Virus record (IMG/VR): IMGVR_UViG_3300045988_111327
Location: 1 to 39,203 of that record
Source of the DNA: a virus
DNA length: 39,203 nucleotides
Direction: 5' to 3' (one strand)
In this document: piece after piece, positions 8,039 through 17,138 of the stretch
Layout: every line of letters starts with the position of its first letter
Position numbering within the stretch: position 1 is the stretch's first letter
Position numbers and translations under genes: made by a program
The notes under the pieces: generated by a model
The model's database searches: none
Told to the model about the DNA's origin: nothing
The model's input: the letters and a program-made list of their open reading frames with translations, nothing else

Positions 8039-8548
8039 TTAAGTCCAACTTAACTTGACAGAGTTAGTCGTTACATCGCTTGCCGTAAGGTTAGATACGT
8101 TGACCAGTGCTTCATAGACCGTGATAGTTACCACGTTTGACGTCTTAGTGCCAATAGTTGCTTTAATCGTGGTCGTACCAGGTGCAATTGCCTTGATATT
8201 GCCAGACTGATCAACCGTTGCAACTGTTGGCGTGGTACTGGTCAGCGTGTAGTGCCCGTCCGTTTCGTTAGCAGGCGTTACCGTTACGCTGGCCTTAGCC
8301 GTGCCACCGACTTCAAGCGCAGTCTTATCAATCGCAATCGTGATAGATTGTACTGGAATTTCGCTCGTAGTTACCGTTACGATGTTCGACTTGGCGCTTT
8401 CACGCAGTCCGTTGTAACTACTTACAGCAAAACGATAGGTCGTTTTTGCTTGCAGACCCGTAACCGTGTAGGTTTTCTGGTCGGTAACTTCCGCAATCTT
8501 AGTAAGTTCCCCACTAGCGCCTACACCTTGATAGATGTAATACTTCAA
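8039..8548 (-). CDS. Tail-fibre segment: FN3 (C-part), Big_2-like Ig domain, FN3 (N-part)
   Basis: YTVTGLQAKTTYRFAVSSYNG (FN3). VQSITI...TLTSTTPTVATVDQSGNIKAIAPGTTTIKAT (Big_2-like). Ends NLTASDVTTNSVKLSWT (FN3 strands A-B). TTG start. Confidence 0.7.
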   Translation of the reverse strand: MKYYIYQGVGASGELTKIAEVTDQKTYTVTGLQAKTTYRFAVSSYNGLRESAKSNIVTVTTSEIPVQSITIAIDKTALEVGGTAKASVTVTPANETDGHYTLTSTTPTVATVDQSGNIKAIAPGTTTIKATIGTKTSNVVTITVYEALVNVSNLTASDVTTNSVKLSWT

Positions 8549-8568
8549 CTTAACTATACCCCTTTAGT

Positions 8569-9930
8569 TTAGTTGCGCCATTCTAGCCGTTGCGTGTGTT
8601 CATCAATATAGATAGCTCGCAGATCACTTGGGCTTGTAGGCTTGCTGAAATAGCCCGAACCGCCTGCAAGGGTGCTCTTGCCTTTGCCCTCTCCAGTCAG
8701 TGCCAGTTGCGCGTTAACGTTACCCAGACTGACTTTAATAGTTTTGTAGCCATCGTGAACATACCATGCACCAGCACTCGATTCAAAGTTAGGAGCGTCG
8801 CTTAAATAGAAATTACGCGGCAACCGTACCTTAATCGTGTTGGCATCTGGATACGTAGCCATGCATGGAACTAGCTTTGTGTTAGTTTGTCCAAAACCGC
8901 TTGGGCCACTCCCAAGCCCGTTTGGCTCGGTACCAATTGCATACTCGTAGTACATGACTTTTGGTTCTGGATAATCAGCTTGATTGTGTACGATTGTGAT
9001 TTCGTACCCGTAAAGCAAGTCTTCCAGACTATCAGCCGTAACCATGCTTGCGTTACGCTCGGCAACCATGCCATTAGACAGTGCAATGACGTTGGTACCG
9101 TCTGGGGTTTCGTCCTTATGCTTAACGCGAATTTGCCAAACAGCGCCATGCCCGTCATCGTAGTTATCCCAACCCTTCGTGATTGCAAGGTCGTTCGCAG
9201 CTAATGCAGCATAACTTTGCATGGTCGGGACATCGCTGAATTGCCATGCTCGATCGTGGAACTGAGCTTGTTTCAGCGTTTCTTGGATTTGTTGCGTCAT
9301 CTCCAGCAGTTGATTATAGCGAACGTACAACCCATTCTTAGGGTCGTTCACTTCTGCCATTGCGTCGTTCAACGATTGCTTGTACTTAGCCAACCATTCG
9401 CTGAATTCCTGACTGTACGTTTCGCCCGCTTCATTAAGCTTGTCCTTAATCGCGTTGCCTTTGTCGGTTACTTGCTCAAGGATTCGTTCAAACTCTCCGA
9501 TATAATCTCGGCCGGCATTCCCAACGTGTGCAAAAAACTGGTCGTCGATAACATCAAAATCCATGTCAACGGTTGATACCGTTTGACCGTCTCGGCCAAT
9601 GAAACGAACAAAAAACTGTTGCCAGTGTCCAGGAACGTTGAAAGTGCGTTCGTCAAAGTGCAGCGTTACCCGTCCCAATGCGATTTGATCGTTGCGATCA
9701 TTAGCTTCTACTGGATAGATATGCTTATGCACGTACCCTTGATTGTCGACACCGCCGTATTCGTATTGCCAACCCCGCATATCAACGGGCAAACTATTGC
9801 TAGTGATATACACCGGCAAATAGTCGTCCGTGTCACCTACACGACCTTTGAAATACCCGCTAATATCTAAGATTTGGTCTTGATAGCGGGTTAGATCAAG
9901 CGTTAGCCGTGCCTTTTCTCGTAATGCCAT
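8569..9930 (-). CDS. Baseplate upper protein (BppU-like) ending in the N-terminal part of an FN3 domain
   Basis: N-terminus LDLTRYQDQILDISGYFKGRVGDTDDY is BppU_N-like. Central coiled coil. C-terminus PTSPSDLRAIYIDEHTQRLEWRN. Confidence 0.75.
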   Translation of the reverse strand: MALREKARLTLDLTRYQDQILDISGYFKGRVGDTDDYLPVYITSNSLPVDMRGWQYEYGGVDNQGYVHKHIYPVEANDRNDQIALGRVTLHFDERTFNVPGHWQQFFVRFIGRDGQTVSTVDMDFDVIDDQFFAHVGNAGRDYIGEFERILEQVTDKGNAIKDKLNEAGETYSQEFSEWLAKYKQSLNDAMAEVNDPKNGLYVRYNQLLEMTQQIQETLKQAQFHDRAWQFSDVPTMQSYAALAANDLAITKGWDNYDDGHGAVWQIRVKHKDETPDGTNVIALSNGMVAERNASMVTADSLEDLLYGYEITIVHNQADYPEPKVMYYEYAIGTEPNGLGSGPSGFGQTNTKLVPCMATYPDANTIKVRLPRNFYLSDAPNFESSAGAWYVHDGYKTIKVSLGNVNAQLALTGEGKGKSTLAGGSGYFSKPTSPSDLRAIYIDEHTQRLEWRN

Positions 9931-9944
9931 TCATTCACCTTCTT

Positions 9945-10121
9945 TCATCGTTCGTTCAAAGTGTCTTCGTCAAGGCCATATGAATTTAGGAAGCCATCTA
10001 CTTTGTCTTGCTTTGCAGCTAACAGTTCAAAGCCTTTTGCGATAGCTTCCCGAACATCTTTGCCATACTGAGCCTTACGAATCGTTTCAGCAATACTTTT
10101 CATATCATCAGTGGTTGCCAT
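9945..10121 (-). CDS. Small structural protein (58 aa; below the track cutoff)
   Basis: Hand translation: MATTDDMKSIAETIRKAQYGKDVREAIAKGFELLAAKQDKVDGFLNSYGLDEDTLNER. TAATG overlap with the stop of the upstream gene. Confidence 0.6.
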   Translation of the reverse strand: MATTDDMKSIAETIRKAQYGKDVREAIAKGFELLAAKQDKVDGFLNSYGLDEDTLNER

Positions 10122-12412
10122 TAGCTTGCCCCTTTCAGCTTATCAACTTCGGCTTTTAACTTATCAAAATCAGCTTGCGATACATAGCCCGCCGGTATCT
10201 TATCGTTAATGATTGATTGCAATTGACGCATGTCAAACTTAAGCTGCGTTACGTCTTCACTACTTGTCACGTTCTGAATAATCGTAGTTGTGCTTGACGT
10301 GTTAGATTGACCGCTCGCCTGAACCTCAGCTACACGGCTAACGATAACTTTAACCCGTTCCAAGTCTTGCGCTTGACGGCTTGTTTCCAACTGATAGTCA
10401 GTCAGCCCTAACGACTTATCGCCGATAGTTAGCGTTGACTTGTGCGGTTGTAGTAGGTCAATTTCTTTCTGCACTACTCGCAGCAATTGCGATTGCGCTA
10501 CATAAGGATTGATGAACATATACCGGTCGGCAACTTTGAAATGATCAAAGTTAGGCAAGTTCAGTTCAACCGCGCTGACTTCCCAGCTTTCTGGCACTCG
10601 CTGTGCGTTGATCCATGCTTTCGCTTGGTTCATCAAGTCGTTAGCGTCGGTTACTTCGTTGAACTCAATCGTGCCGTTGATAATGCCAAACTCTTTTTGC
10701 AGCTCCGGTATATCGATATAATCTCGCCCTTCATTGACGCTAGTAATCGTTAGTTTTGGTCTAGCAGCGTTTGAGTTGCTGACCTCTTCTTTCTTACTTT
10801 CATCTTTAGACTGTGAACCATCACCGCCGTTTTTGATCAACGCTTGCGGATCTAACCACGTGCCATCGTTTGTAAACGACTTCTTGACCGCTTCATAAAA
10901 ATCGGCTTTGGTAACCCCGACGTGCAAATGGTCGGTGTTTCGCCAACCGATAACATCACCGGTTTTGACCTTATCGCCAATGTTGACTCTGATTTGGCCA
11001 GCACTGCTGAACGCTTCTTGATAGACAATATTAAAACCGTCCGTGCTGTGCGTTACAACGTAGTTGCCAAGCCCGCCCATGTAGCCCTTGAAAACAACCG
11101 TGCCACCATGGATTGCGTGAACTTCACTTCCTGGGTGATCAACCGAACCAAAATCTAATCCATCATGAAATGAATTGGGTCTAAAGCCACCATCGTAACC
11201 GAATTTTTGGGCTTGGCTAAAACTGCCTTCGCCGACACTAGGAAACGGCCAGCCCCAACCATTTGTGAGTGTTTCGGTCGCGGTATCAGTAACTGGACCA
11301 TTAACCCGCCGTGTACCAGTTGGGCCCCAACCGCCGGCATGTGAAATATCGGCTAACCAGTTGGAATCGTTGAACATCGCTAAAAGTTGATGAAAACCTT
11401 TATGAATGTCTTCATAGCCTTGTACCTTCCATTTATCGAACGTTGGCTGAATATACTGTAACAGCCCTGTTGACGGGTGCCCTGCCTGTGCGTTGCTGTC
11501 CCAGTTGTTCGTTACCGTTTCACTACCACCGGATTCCTGGTTGATACGCCTTAAAATAGCGTTCAACCCGTTCTGGTCAAGGTTAACGTTCATTATCTTC
11601 GCAGCATGCTTAATGGCTTCTGTCCAATCGCCATTAATAGCGGTTGTTGCACCACCACCAGTCGTTATTGTTGAGTTTTCGCCGTCAACCTCGACTTTTT
11701 GGGGCTCTAACTGTTTGCCCAACGGAACGAGCCTAGTTATGACCTTTGTAGGGTCAATCGTAAGGCTAGCCGATTTCATGTTAACTGCTAACTGGATAGG
11801 CGTATCGCTCTTGTGATCGTTGCCAATATCAGTTACATAGTCAAGCATGTTCGGGCCGTCCTGCTTGTATTCTGTTACCAGATACCCGCCCAGCTCGTTA
11901 ATCAGCTTGTCTTTGATTGCGTCCCGTGTTTTCGGGTAGTCGATTTGCCGATAAGCATCATCTTTGTTGTTAGTAACGTTACAGTTACGCAACTTGAACT
12001 GTTTGTACTGTGGCACTTGGCTGTTATGAACATCAAGCAGCGATTGCAGAAACTCTTTCGGGGTTAGCCCAACCGCTTCATAAAACCGCTGAATGCTATC
12101 TAGCAAATATGCTTCAATATCCTCGAACGTGTACGTTCTAATGAACCGCCCGCTTGATTGCATTTCCTTCTTCGGCTTGATTGCCCGGCCACGAAACAGC
12201 AGTTTATCGTCATCATAGACTTCAACGTGCGTGTGCATCGGCCGAACGTTATCAAACAGCAAGCTATCACGGTTAACTGTTAACTCCAGATCATCAATAT
12301 CAGTTTCTTTGATTGTCAACTTGCCTTCGTTAACCGTTCGATTAACTCGTTGATCAAGCACGATAAAGCCGTTTTTGTCGGTAGGTTCGTTATATCCGAT
12401 AATGCGATACAT
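10121..12412 (-). CDS. Tail-associated lysin (Tal): prophage tail endopeptidase N-domain, lytic transglycosylase, M23 peptidase
   Basis: SLT-like ESGGSE...GLLQYIQPTF. M23 motifs HDGLDFG and HLHVG. Sits after Dit. Confidence 0.85.
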   Translation of the reverse strand: MYRIIGYNEPTDKNGFIVLDQRVNRTVNEGKLTIKETDIDDLELTVNRDSLLFDNVRPMHTHVEVYDDDKLLFRGRAIKPKKEMQSSGRFIRTYTFEDIEAYLLDSIQRFYEAVGLTPKEFLQSLLDVHNSQVPQYKQFKLRNCNVTNNKDDAYRQIDYPKTRDAIKDKLINELGGYLVTEYKQDGPNMLDYVTDIGNDHKSDTPIQLAVNMKSASLTIDPTKVITRLVPLGKQLEPQKVEVDGENSTITTGGGATTAINGDWTEAIKHAAKIMNVNLDQNGLNAILRRINQESGGSETVTNNWDSNAQAGHPSTGLLQYIQPTFDKWKVQGYEDIHKGFHQLLAMFNDSNWLADISHAGGWGPTGTRRVNGPVTDTATETLTNGWGWPFPSVGEGSFSQAQKFGYDGGFRPNSFHDGLDFGSVDHPGSEVHAIHGGTVVFKGYMGGLGNYVVTHSTDGFNIVYQEAFSSAGQIRVNIGDKVKTGDVIGWRNTDHLHVGVTKADFYEAVKKSFTNDGTWLDPQALIKNGGDGSQSKDESKKEEVSNSNAARPKLTITSVNEGRDYIDIPELQKEFGIINGTIEFNEVTDANDLMNQAKAWINAQRVPESWEVSAVELNLPNFDHFKVADRYMFINPYVAQSQLLRVVQKEIDLLQPHKSTLTIGDKSLGLTDYQLETSRQAQDLERVKVIVSRVAEVQASGQSNTSSTTTIIQNVTSSEDVTQLKFDMRQLQSIINDKIPAGYVSQADFDKLKAEVDKLKGAS

Positions 12413-13182
12413 TAAACCATCTCCTCACGTTTAAAGACAAACTCAATCGTGCCATTGCCAGACAAATTAATTTTGTTATCGCCAATATCAAGCACTACTT
12501 GCGTTTGCTTGTAGTTGCCATCGTTAAGCGACACTTCACCGAAACTTCCTTTTGCCTTGACGTTGCCAGTTACTACAAAAGACGACAAGACCGGCCGTGA
12601 ACCAATGTTTTTTACATTGACGTCCTGACTGCCATTAACGCTGAACTTGACTTGTTGCCATAACCAATGCGGAAAGAAAACATCGTCCCAATAGTCAGCG
12701 CCTTCGTTGTGGTTCGTGTAAGCATAAGGATATGCAGTAAACACGATTGACGCTTCAAGCGTTTCATTGTCGCTGCTATCGTCAACTTCAACACTCTTAC
12801 ACTTGGCCCACCAGTAATAAACCGGCTCGTGAGTATCAACCAACTTGCCCCAGTTGCGGGGCATTAGTTGCCGTTTTAATTCTTGTTCAAAACCTTTGCG
12901 GTTATGATACTCTTCGCCGACATATAACAGCTTGTAAGTGATTTCCCGATTGTTGAAAAACCGTTCGTTATCGATCATAGAAAAATCATAACTGCCTTGA
13001 CGATAGGGCACGCTTTCAGTGATTTCTTGCTCTTCCGGTGTCGGTGCCGTCCGTTCAGTCAACCACCAACCAGATTTAATACTATCGAAATCAGCGAAAG
13101 CAAAGCCTTCAACGTTTGGCAACGTGTCAACGTCAACTTCGGTTGGCGGTAAATCTCTGAATATATACTCCATTAACTCCAC
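12412..13182 (-). CDS. Distal tail protein (Dit)
   Basis: About 256 aa, directly between the tape measure and Tal; overlapping starts and stops. Confidence 0.75.
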   Translation of the reverse strand: MELMEYIFRDLPPTEVDVDTLPNVEGFAFADFDSIKSGWWLTERTAPTPEEQEITESVPYRQGSYDFSMIDNERFFNNREITYKLLYVGEEYHNRKGFEQELKRQLMPRNWGKLVDTHEPVYYWWAKCKSVEVDDSSDNETLEASIVFTAYPYAYTNHNEGADYWDDVFFPHWLWQQVKFSVNGSQDVNVKNIGSRPVLSSFVVTGNVKAKGSFGEVSLNDGNYKQTQVVLDIGDNKINLSGNGTIEFVFKREEMV

Positions 13183-15746
13183 CTATCCTTTAATGCCGTT
13201 CGCTGTCCTAAACGTTGATCATAACTGCCAGCCGTTGCACCAACAAGCACGCCAGAATCAAGAATCATCGTTGTATCTTTGCCTGCAATCTGTCGCAGCA
13301 GTGCGTTGTTCTGCATTTGCAAAGTGCTGTCTTGCATGGTCAACGAACCGGCGAACCGTGATTGTACATCACTTGCCATGCCGTTCAAGCGGTTAGCGAA
13401 ACCAGAAACATCAGGTTGCATTGCGTCGGTGATTTGCTTGTTCATTGCCAAAACGGACTTTTGAACATCGCTAAAGCCATCAACCAACCCGTTGCCCAGA
13501 CCGTTCATGATTGCATGCCCGGCTGGAATCAGCAGACGCCGGTCGACACTGATAGGCCCTTTGTGGGCTTTAATCCACTTGCCAATGCCACCGACAAACG
13601 ACTTGACACTTTCCCAAGCCGATTTAAGACCGCCAAGCAAACTGTTCATGATTGCCTTACCGTTAGCCGATAAATCAATATGAGCAACCGAATTAATGAT
13701 CTCGCGTCCAACCTGTGCCATTGCGCTGCCTAAGCTGCCAATCATTTGCAGAATACCTTTTATCAAAGCAGCTATAATTTGTACCCCTGCTGCTATAATC
13801 TGCGGTAAGTTGCTAATGATAGCTTCTGCTAATACAACGATAATTCGTAACGCACTAACCACAAGCAATGGCAGCACTTGTGCAATACCATTAATTAACG
13901 CTGTAAGAATCTCTACCCCAGCTTCAATGATCTGTGGCAAATTGCTAATAATAGCATTAGCAAGTGCCATAATGATTTGCACGCCGGCCGTAATAAGCAT
14001 TGGCAATACGGTAACAATGGCGTTAGCAAGTGCCATGATAATTTGCAGACCAGCCGTAATGATCATTGGCAAACTTGCAACTATGGTATTGATAAGCGCA
14101 ATCAGAATCTGTACGCCCGCAACTATCAGTAGTGGCAACGCAGCTGTAATCGCTGTGGTCAACGACGTAATGATTTGTGTACCAATCGCAATGATTTGTG
14201 GAAGGTTCTCAGAAATACTGTTAGCAATACCTACAATGACATTAGTTATCATTCCGACAATCAGCGGAATGTTTGCGACAATAGCGTTAGTTACGTTCGT
14301 GATAGTATTGCTTAACTGGTCGAAAACTTGAGTAATGCCATCTGCGTTTAGCTGTCCGGTTTGCAACCAAGCTGTTACAAAACTAATGACAGCCCCCGCA
14401 GCAAGTCCCCAAGGGCCGGATAAGCCTAACGCAGCCAGCCCAACTTTAGCTAAAGTGCTAACAATCATAGACGCGATACGGCCGATGCCACCTAATTTGC
14501 CTACAAAGTCTTGAATGGCCTGACCGCCGCCGCCTAATTTACCTACAAAGCCTTGAATAGCCTGGTAAGTGGCTTGCATTGATTGTATAAAGCTATTCCA
14601 AGCACCAATGAGCGCAGCATTTTTTGAACTAACAATTTGGCAAAAAGCATTCCATACATTGATTGCCGTATCACAAAACGACTTCCATACTTTTTTACCA
14701 ACTTCGGTTTGAGTGAAAAAGTAAGCTAATGCAGCTATTAAAGCGGTGATGCCAGCAATGACCAAAACTGCAGGATTAAGACTCATAGCAGCATTAAACG
14801 TCTTTTCAGCAAACGCGGCAAGTTTCAGCGCTATGCCAACCGTTGTTAAAATGCCAACGAAAGTCATTAAAGCAATTCCTAAACCAGTAATGATTTGGAT
14901 TGCCGGCCCGCCATTGTCAATCGCGTTGACAATGCCAGAAATTACCTTAATTCCTACACCACTCAAAGCATCAAAAGCTGGTTGCAGCTTGTTCGTTATA
15001 GTTTCAACCAACCCGTCCATCGCTTGACCTAACGTTTTGTACTCCGTAGACATTTTAGTAAATGCTTTGTTAGTACCAACTTTTGCAATAGCATTAAAAA
15101 AGTCTTGGGTTTTGATTTTGCCATCATTAACAGCAGAAACCATTTCAGACGTTGACATGCCCATTGCTTTTGCAACCGCAGCAATGCCGGCCGGGGTTTG
15201 TTCAAGCATAAGCTTAAAGTCTTGCCATTGGACCGTTGGCTTAGCAGCCATCTGCGTTGCTTGTTGCGACAACGTTTTCATCGCCTGTTTAGGATTTTCC
15301 GCAGCAGACGCAAGCCCACCGAACCCCTTAACAAGTTTGGTAGTGTTTTTGATGCCGACTGCTGCCAGTTGACTATACGTCGTTGCCATATCAGACGCTG
15401 AATAAATCGTTTGCTGAGCATATTTGGTCAACTCAGATCTGACTTTGCCTATTTGGCTTTGCGACTTGCCTAGATACGACATGTTGCCTTCGAACGTTTT
15501 CCAAGTTGCGCTTGCTTCGTTCAACCCGCTAATGACTTCGCCCAGACTGTTTTTAATCAGTCCCAAAGCTCCGGCGGTTACCACAGCACTTGCGCCAAAA
15601 ACAGCTCCATTCGCAGCAAACTTGCTTGCCGACTGATTGCTTTCACCAACGACTTTGCTAAGGCTATCAACAGCCGATTCCATCGTTTTGGTGAAATTTT
15701 GATCGACGGCGGAAAGAATCGCCTCGATGCTCATTTCTTGTGCCAT
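13173..15746 (-). CDS. Tape measure protein
   Basis: About 857 aa, helical and Ala/Ile/Gly-rich, with internal tandem repeats. Start chosen at MAQEMSIEAIL, which has RBS GAAAGGTGG; the track ORF starts 33 nt upstream. Confidence 0.9.
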   Translation of the reverse strand: MAQEMSIEAILSAVDQNFTKTMESAVDSLSKVVGESNQSASKFAANGAVFGASAVVTAGALGLIKNSLGEVISGLNEASATWKTFEGNMSYLGKSQSQIGKVRSELTKYAQQTIYSASDMATTYSQLAAVGIKNTTKLVKGFGGLASAAENPKQAMKTLSQQATQMAAKPTVQWQDFKLMLEQTPAGIAAVAKAMGMSTSEMVSAVNDGKIKTQDFFNAIAKVGTNKAFTKMSTEYKTLGQAMDGLVETITNKLQPAFDALSGVGIKVISGIVNAIDNGGPAIQIITGLGIALMTFVGILTTVGIALKLAAFAEKTFNAAMSLNPAVLVIAGITALIAALAYFFTQTEVGKKVWKSFCDTAINVWNAFCQIVSSKNAALIGAWNSFIQSMQATYQAIQGFVGKLGGGGQAIQDFVGKLGGIGRIASMIVSTLAKVGLAALGLSGPWGLAAGAVISFVTAWLQTGQLNADGITQVFDQLSNTITNVTNAIVANIPLIVGMITNVIVGIANSISENLPQIIAIGTQIITSLTTAITAALPLLIVAGVQILIALINTIVASLPMIITAGLQIIMALANAIVTVLPMLITAGVQIIMALANAIISNLPQIIEAGVEILTALINGIAQVLPLLVVSALRIIVVLAEAIISNLPQIIAAGVQIIAALIKGILQMIGSLGSAMAQVGREIINSVAHIDLSANGKAIMNSLLGGLKSAWESVKSFVGGIGKWIKAHKGPISVDRRLLIPAGHAIMNGLGNGLVDGFSDVQKSVLAMNKQITDAMQPDVSGFANRLNGMASDVQSRFAGSLTMQDSTLQMQNNALLRQIAGKDTTMILDSGVLVGATAGSYDQRLGQRTALKDRWS
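13750..14300 (-). repeat. In-frame tandem repeats (about 66 bp / 22 aa period) inside the tape measure gene
   Basis: For example gcattagcaagtgccataatgatttgcac at 13954 versus gcgttagcaagtgccatgataatttgcag at 14020. Protein motif LPxIIxAGVQIIxALxNAI is reiterated about 8 times. Boundaries are approximate. Confidence 0.75.
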
Positions 15747-15747
15747 T

Positions 15748-16140
15748 CTAACCGCCACCTTTCCATGCTTGCATATCAATCAGACCACGCTTTTTAAGCT
15801 CTTGAAATTCCTTGTAGCGCCGTTGGAACAGTTTCGTGGTATTTTCCTTATCACTATCGTTAGAACGTCCATACTGGGCGTTAATTGCTGATAACGACTT
15901 GGTAATGCCAACGTCTTTAAGGAATTTTTGAACAGACGCGTATTTCCACTTTGGATTTTTGCCACCAGTGGTTGCCTGAACAGCATAGTTGTACCACGCC
16001 TGATAAGCCTGATCCTCACGCTTGCGAATCGCTCGCAGTTCGTACGCCTCAAGCCGTAGTTGATACTCAGCTAACGTGATACGCTCTGCCTGTTTTACAT
16101 CGTTAAAGCCTAGATATGCCAGGCAGTTGACCAGAATCAT
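15748..16140 (-). CDS. Tail assembly chaperone, -1 frameshift extension (gpT-like), made as a fusion with 16182..16529
   Basis: The frame stays open upstream to the slippery site at 16194-16200. No convincing RBS of its own. Position between gpG-like and TMP. Confidence 0.75.
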   Translation of the reverse strand: MILVNCLAYLGFNDVKQAERITLAEYQLRLEAYELRAIRKREDQAYQAWYNYAVQATTGGKNPKWKYASVQKFLKDVGITKSLSAINAQYGRSNDSDKENTTKLFQRRYKEFQELKKRGLIDMQAWKGGG

Positions 16141-16181
16141 ACGATATGTTTCTTCGCTAGTCTGGTCGTTCTCTTGACTAT

Positions 16182-16529
16182 CTAGGCTTTCAGATTTTTT
16201 GTTGCAGTGCGTGCAGCATTGCTCGACTTAAGCTCTTTCTGAACATCATCAAACAGCTTATCAATGTCGGTTTCTTTGTCATCGATAAAAGCATCAATAT
16301 CATTCAAAGACGGGCGCTTTTGGTTGTCCCACGCAGCACAGTAAAGCAATTCCGCCAAAACAGCGACATCATAGCTTTGCAGTGCAGGGATAACCTTAGT
16401 CAGCGCCATGCCGAAATTCTGCTTAATGCCTTGTACAGTCAGCGTCAAACCGGCTTTTTGGTCAAGTTCGCGGATAAAGCGAACACCGAAATTAAGGTTG
16501 ACGTCCTTGCCATTAACTTTAATTTGCAT
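16182..16529 (-). CDS. Tail assembly chaperone (gpG-like)
   Basis: 115 aa, between the major tail and tape measure genes. The slippery site is 4 codons before its stop. Confidence 0.8.
   Translation of the reverse strand: MQIKVNGKDVNLNFGVRFIRELDQKAGLTLTVQGIKQNFGMALTKVIPALQSYDVAVLAELLYCAAWDNQKRPSLNDIDAFIDDKETDIDKLFDDVQKELKSSNAARTATKNLKA
16194..16200 (-). other. Programmed -1 ribosomal frameshift slippery heptamer A-AAA-AAT
   Basis: Minus strand GCA ACA AAA AAT CTG AAA GCC TAG. A -1 slip reads AAA AAA TCT GAA AGC ... ATG ATT CTG GTC, the frame of 15748..16140. Confidence 0.7.
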
Positions 16530-16540
16530 TTAAAGCCCTC

Positions 16541-17128
16541 CTAGTTGTCGCCAACGCCTTGACCAGCGTCAGTTTCCTTGTTCCAAGCCTTACCAGCGCC
16601 ATCAGTACCATCATTCTTTGGCGTGCCTTCAATTGCACCAACACCGCGGAAAATGTAAGCCAATTCTGCCTCTTGGTCTTCGCTCAGCGTTACCCAACCA
16701 CGAACTGGACCATAGTCAACCGTGATAGTCGTTTCACGGTTCGAAACATCGTCCGGGTCGTTATCGTTGCTGTCTTCGGTAACCTTGCCCCGCAGATACA
16801 GTGCATAATATTGGCCTTCCGAATTTTTGCGTTGCCGGTTAACCGCCCAAAATTCCATTTCTTCGTTATCGAAAATAGAATCAAGCAGCTGGTCGGCAAT
16901 CTTGGACCAGTTGTTTACAAATTCAAACTTGAAATCAGTTTCCAAGCTCGACGTGGTAGTTACCGTCCCAGACTTAGTTTTCTTTTTATCAGAGTCGCGT
17001 TGTGGGTCAATGCTCAAACTCGTTTGATACGGGATAAGCTGACCGGCTACTTTAGCAGCCTCCGCTAATTTGCGGGCATAGACAACGACGTTAACACCCT
17101 GAATTTTTTCTAAATTAGCATTTGCCAT
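16541..17128 (-). CDS. Major tail protein
   Basis: 195 aa. Its position and composition are typical of siphovirus major tail proteins. Confidence 0.8.
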   Translation of the reverse strand: MANANLEKIQGVNVVVYARKLAEAAKVAGQLIPYQTSLSIDPQRDSDKKKTKSGTVTTTSSLETDFKFEFVNNWSKIADQLLDSIFDNEEMEFWAVNRQRKNSEGQYYALYLRGKVTEDSNDNDPDDVSNRETTITVDYGPVRGWVTLSEDQEAELAYIFRGVGAIEGTPKNDGTDGAGKAWNKETDAGQGVGDN

Positions 17129-17138
17129 TCTCTCACTC

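Noticed and set aside
8546-8575. Simple -1 or +1 programmed frameshift joining 8569..9930 to 8039..8548.
   Set aside because: The upstream frame stops (TAA at 8569-8571) before the downstream frame opens, because that frame has its own TAA 5 nt later. The frames do not overlap, and no slippery heptamer is present.
13750-14300. CRISPR-like or satellite repeat array.
   Set aside because: The repeats are in-frame coding repeats of the tape measure protein, with no unique spacers. No CRISPR array or cas genes occur anywhere in the window.
15780-16052. 90-aa nested minus-strand ORF inside the gpT-like region, and similar nested ORFs (12612..12839, 8871..9188, 11155..11340, 27255..27518).
   Set aside because: They lie entirely inside longer, better-supported ORFs in another frame, without RBS.
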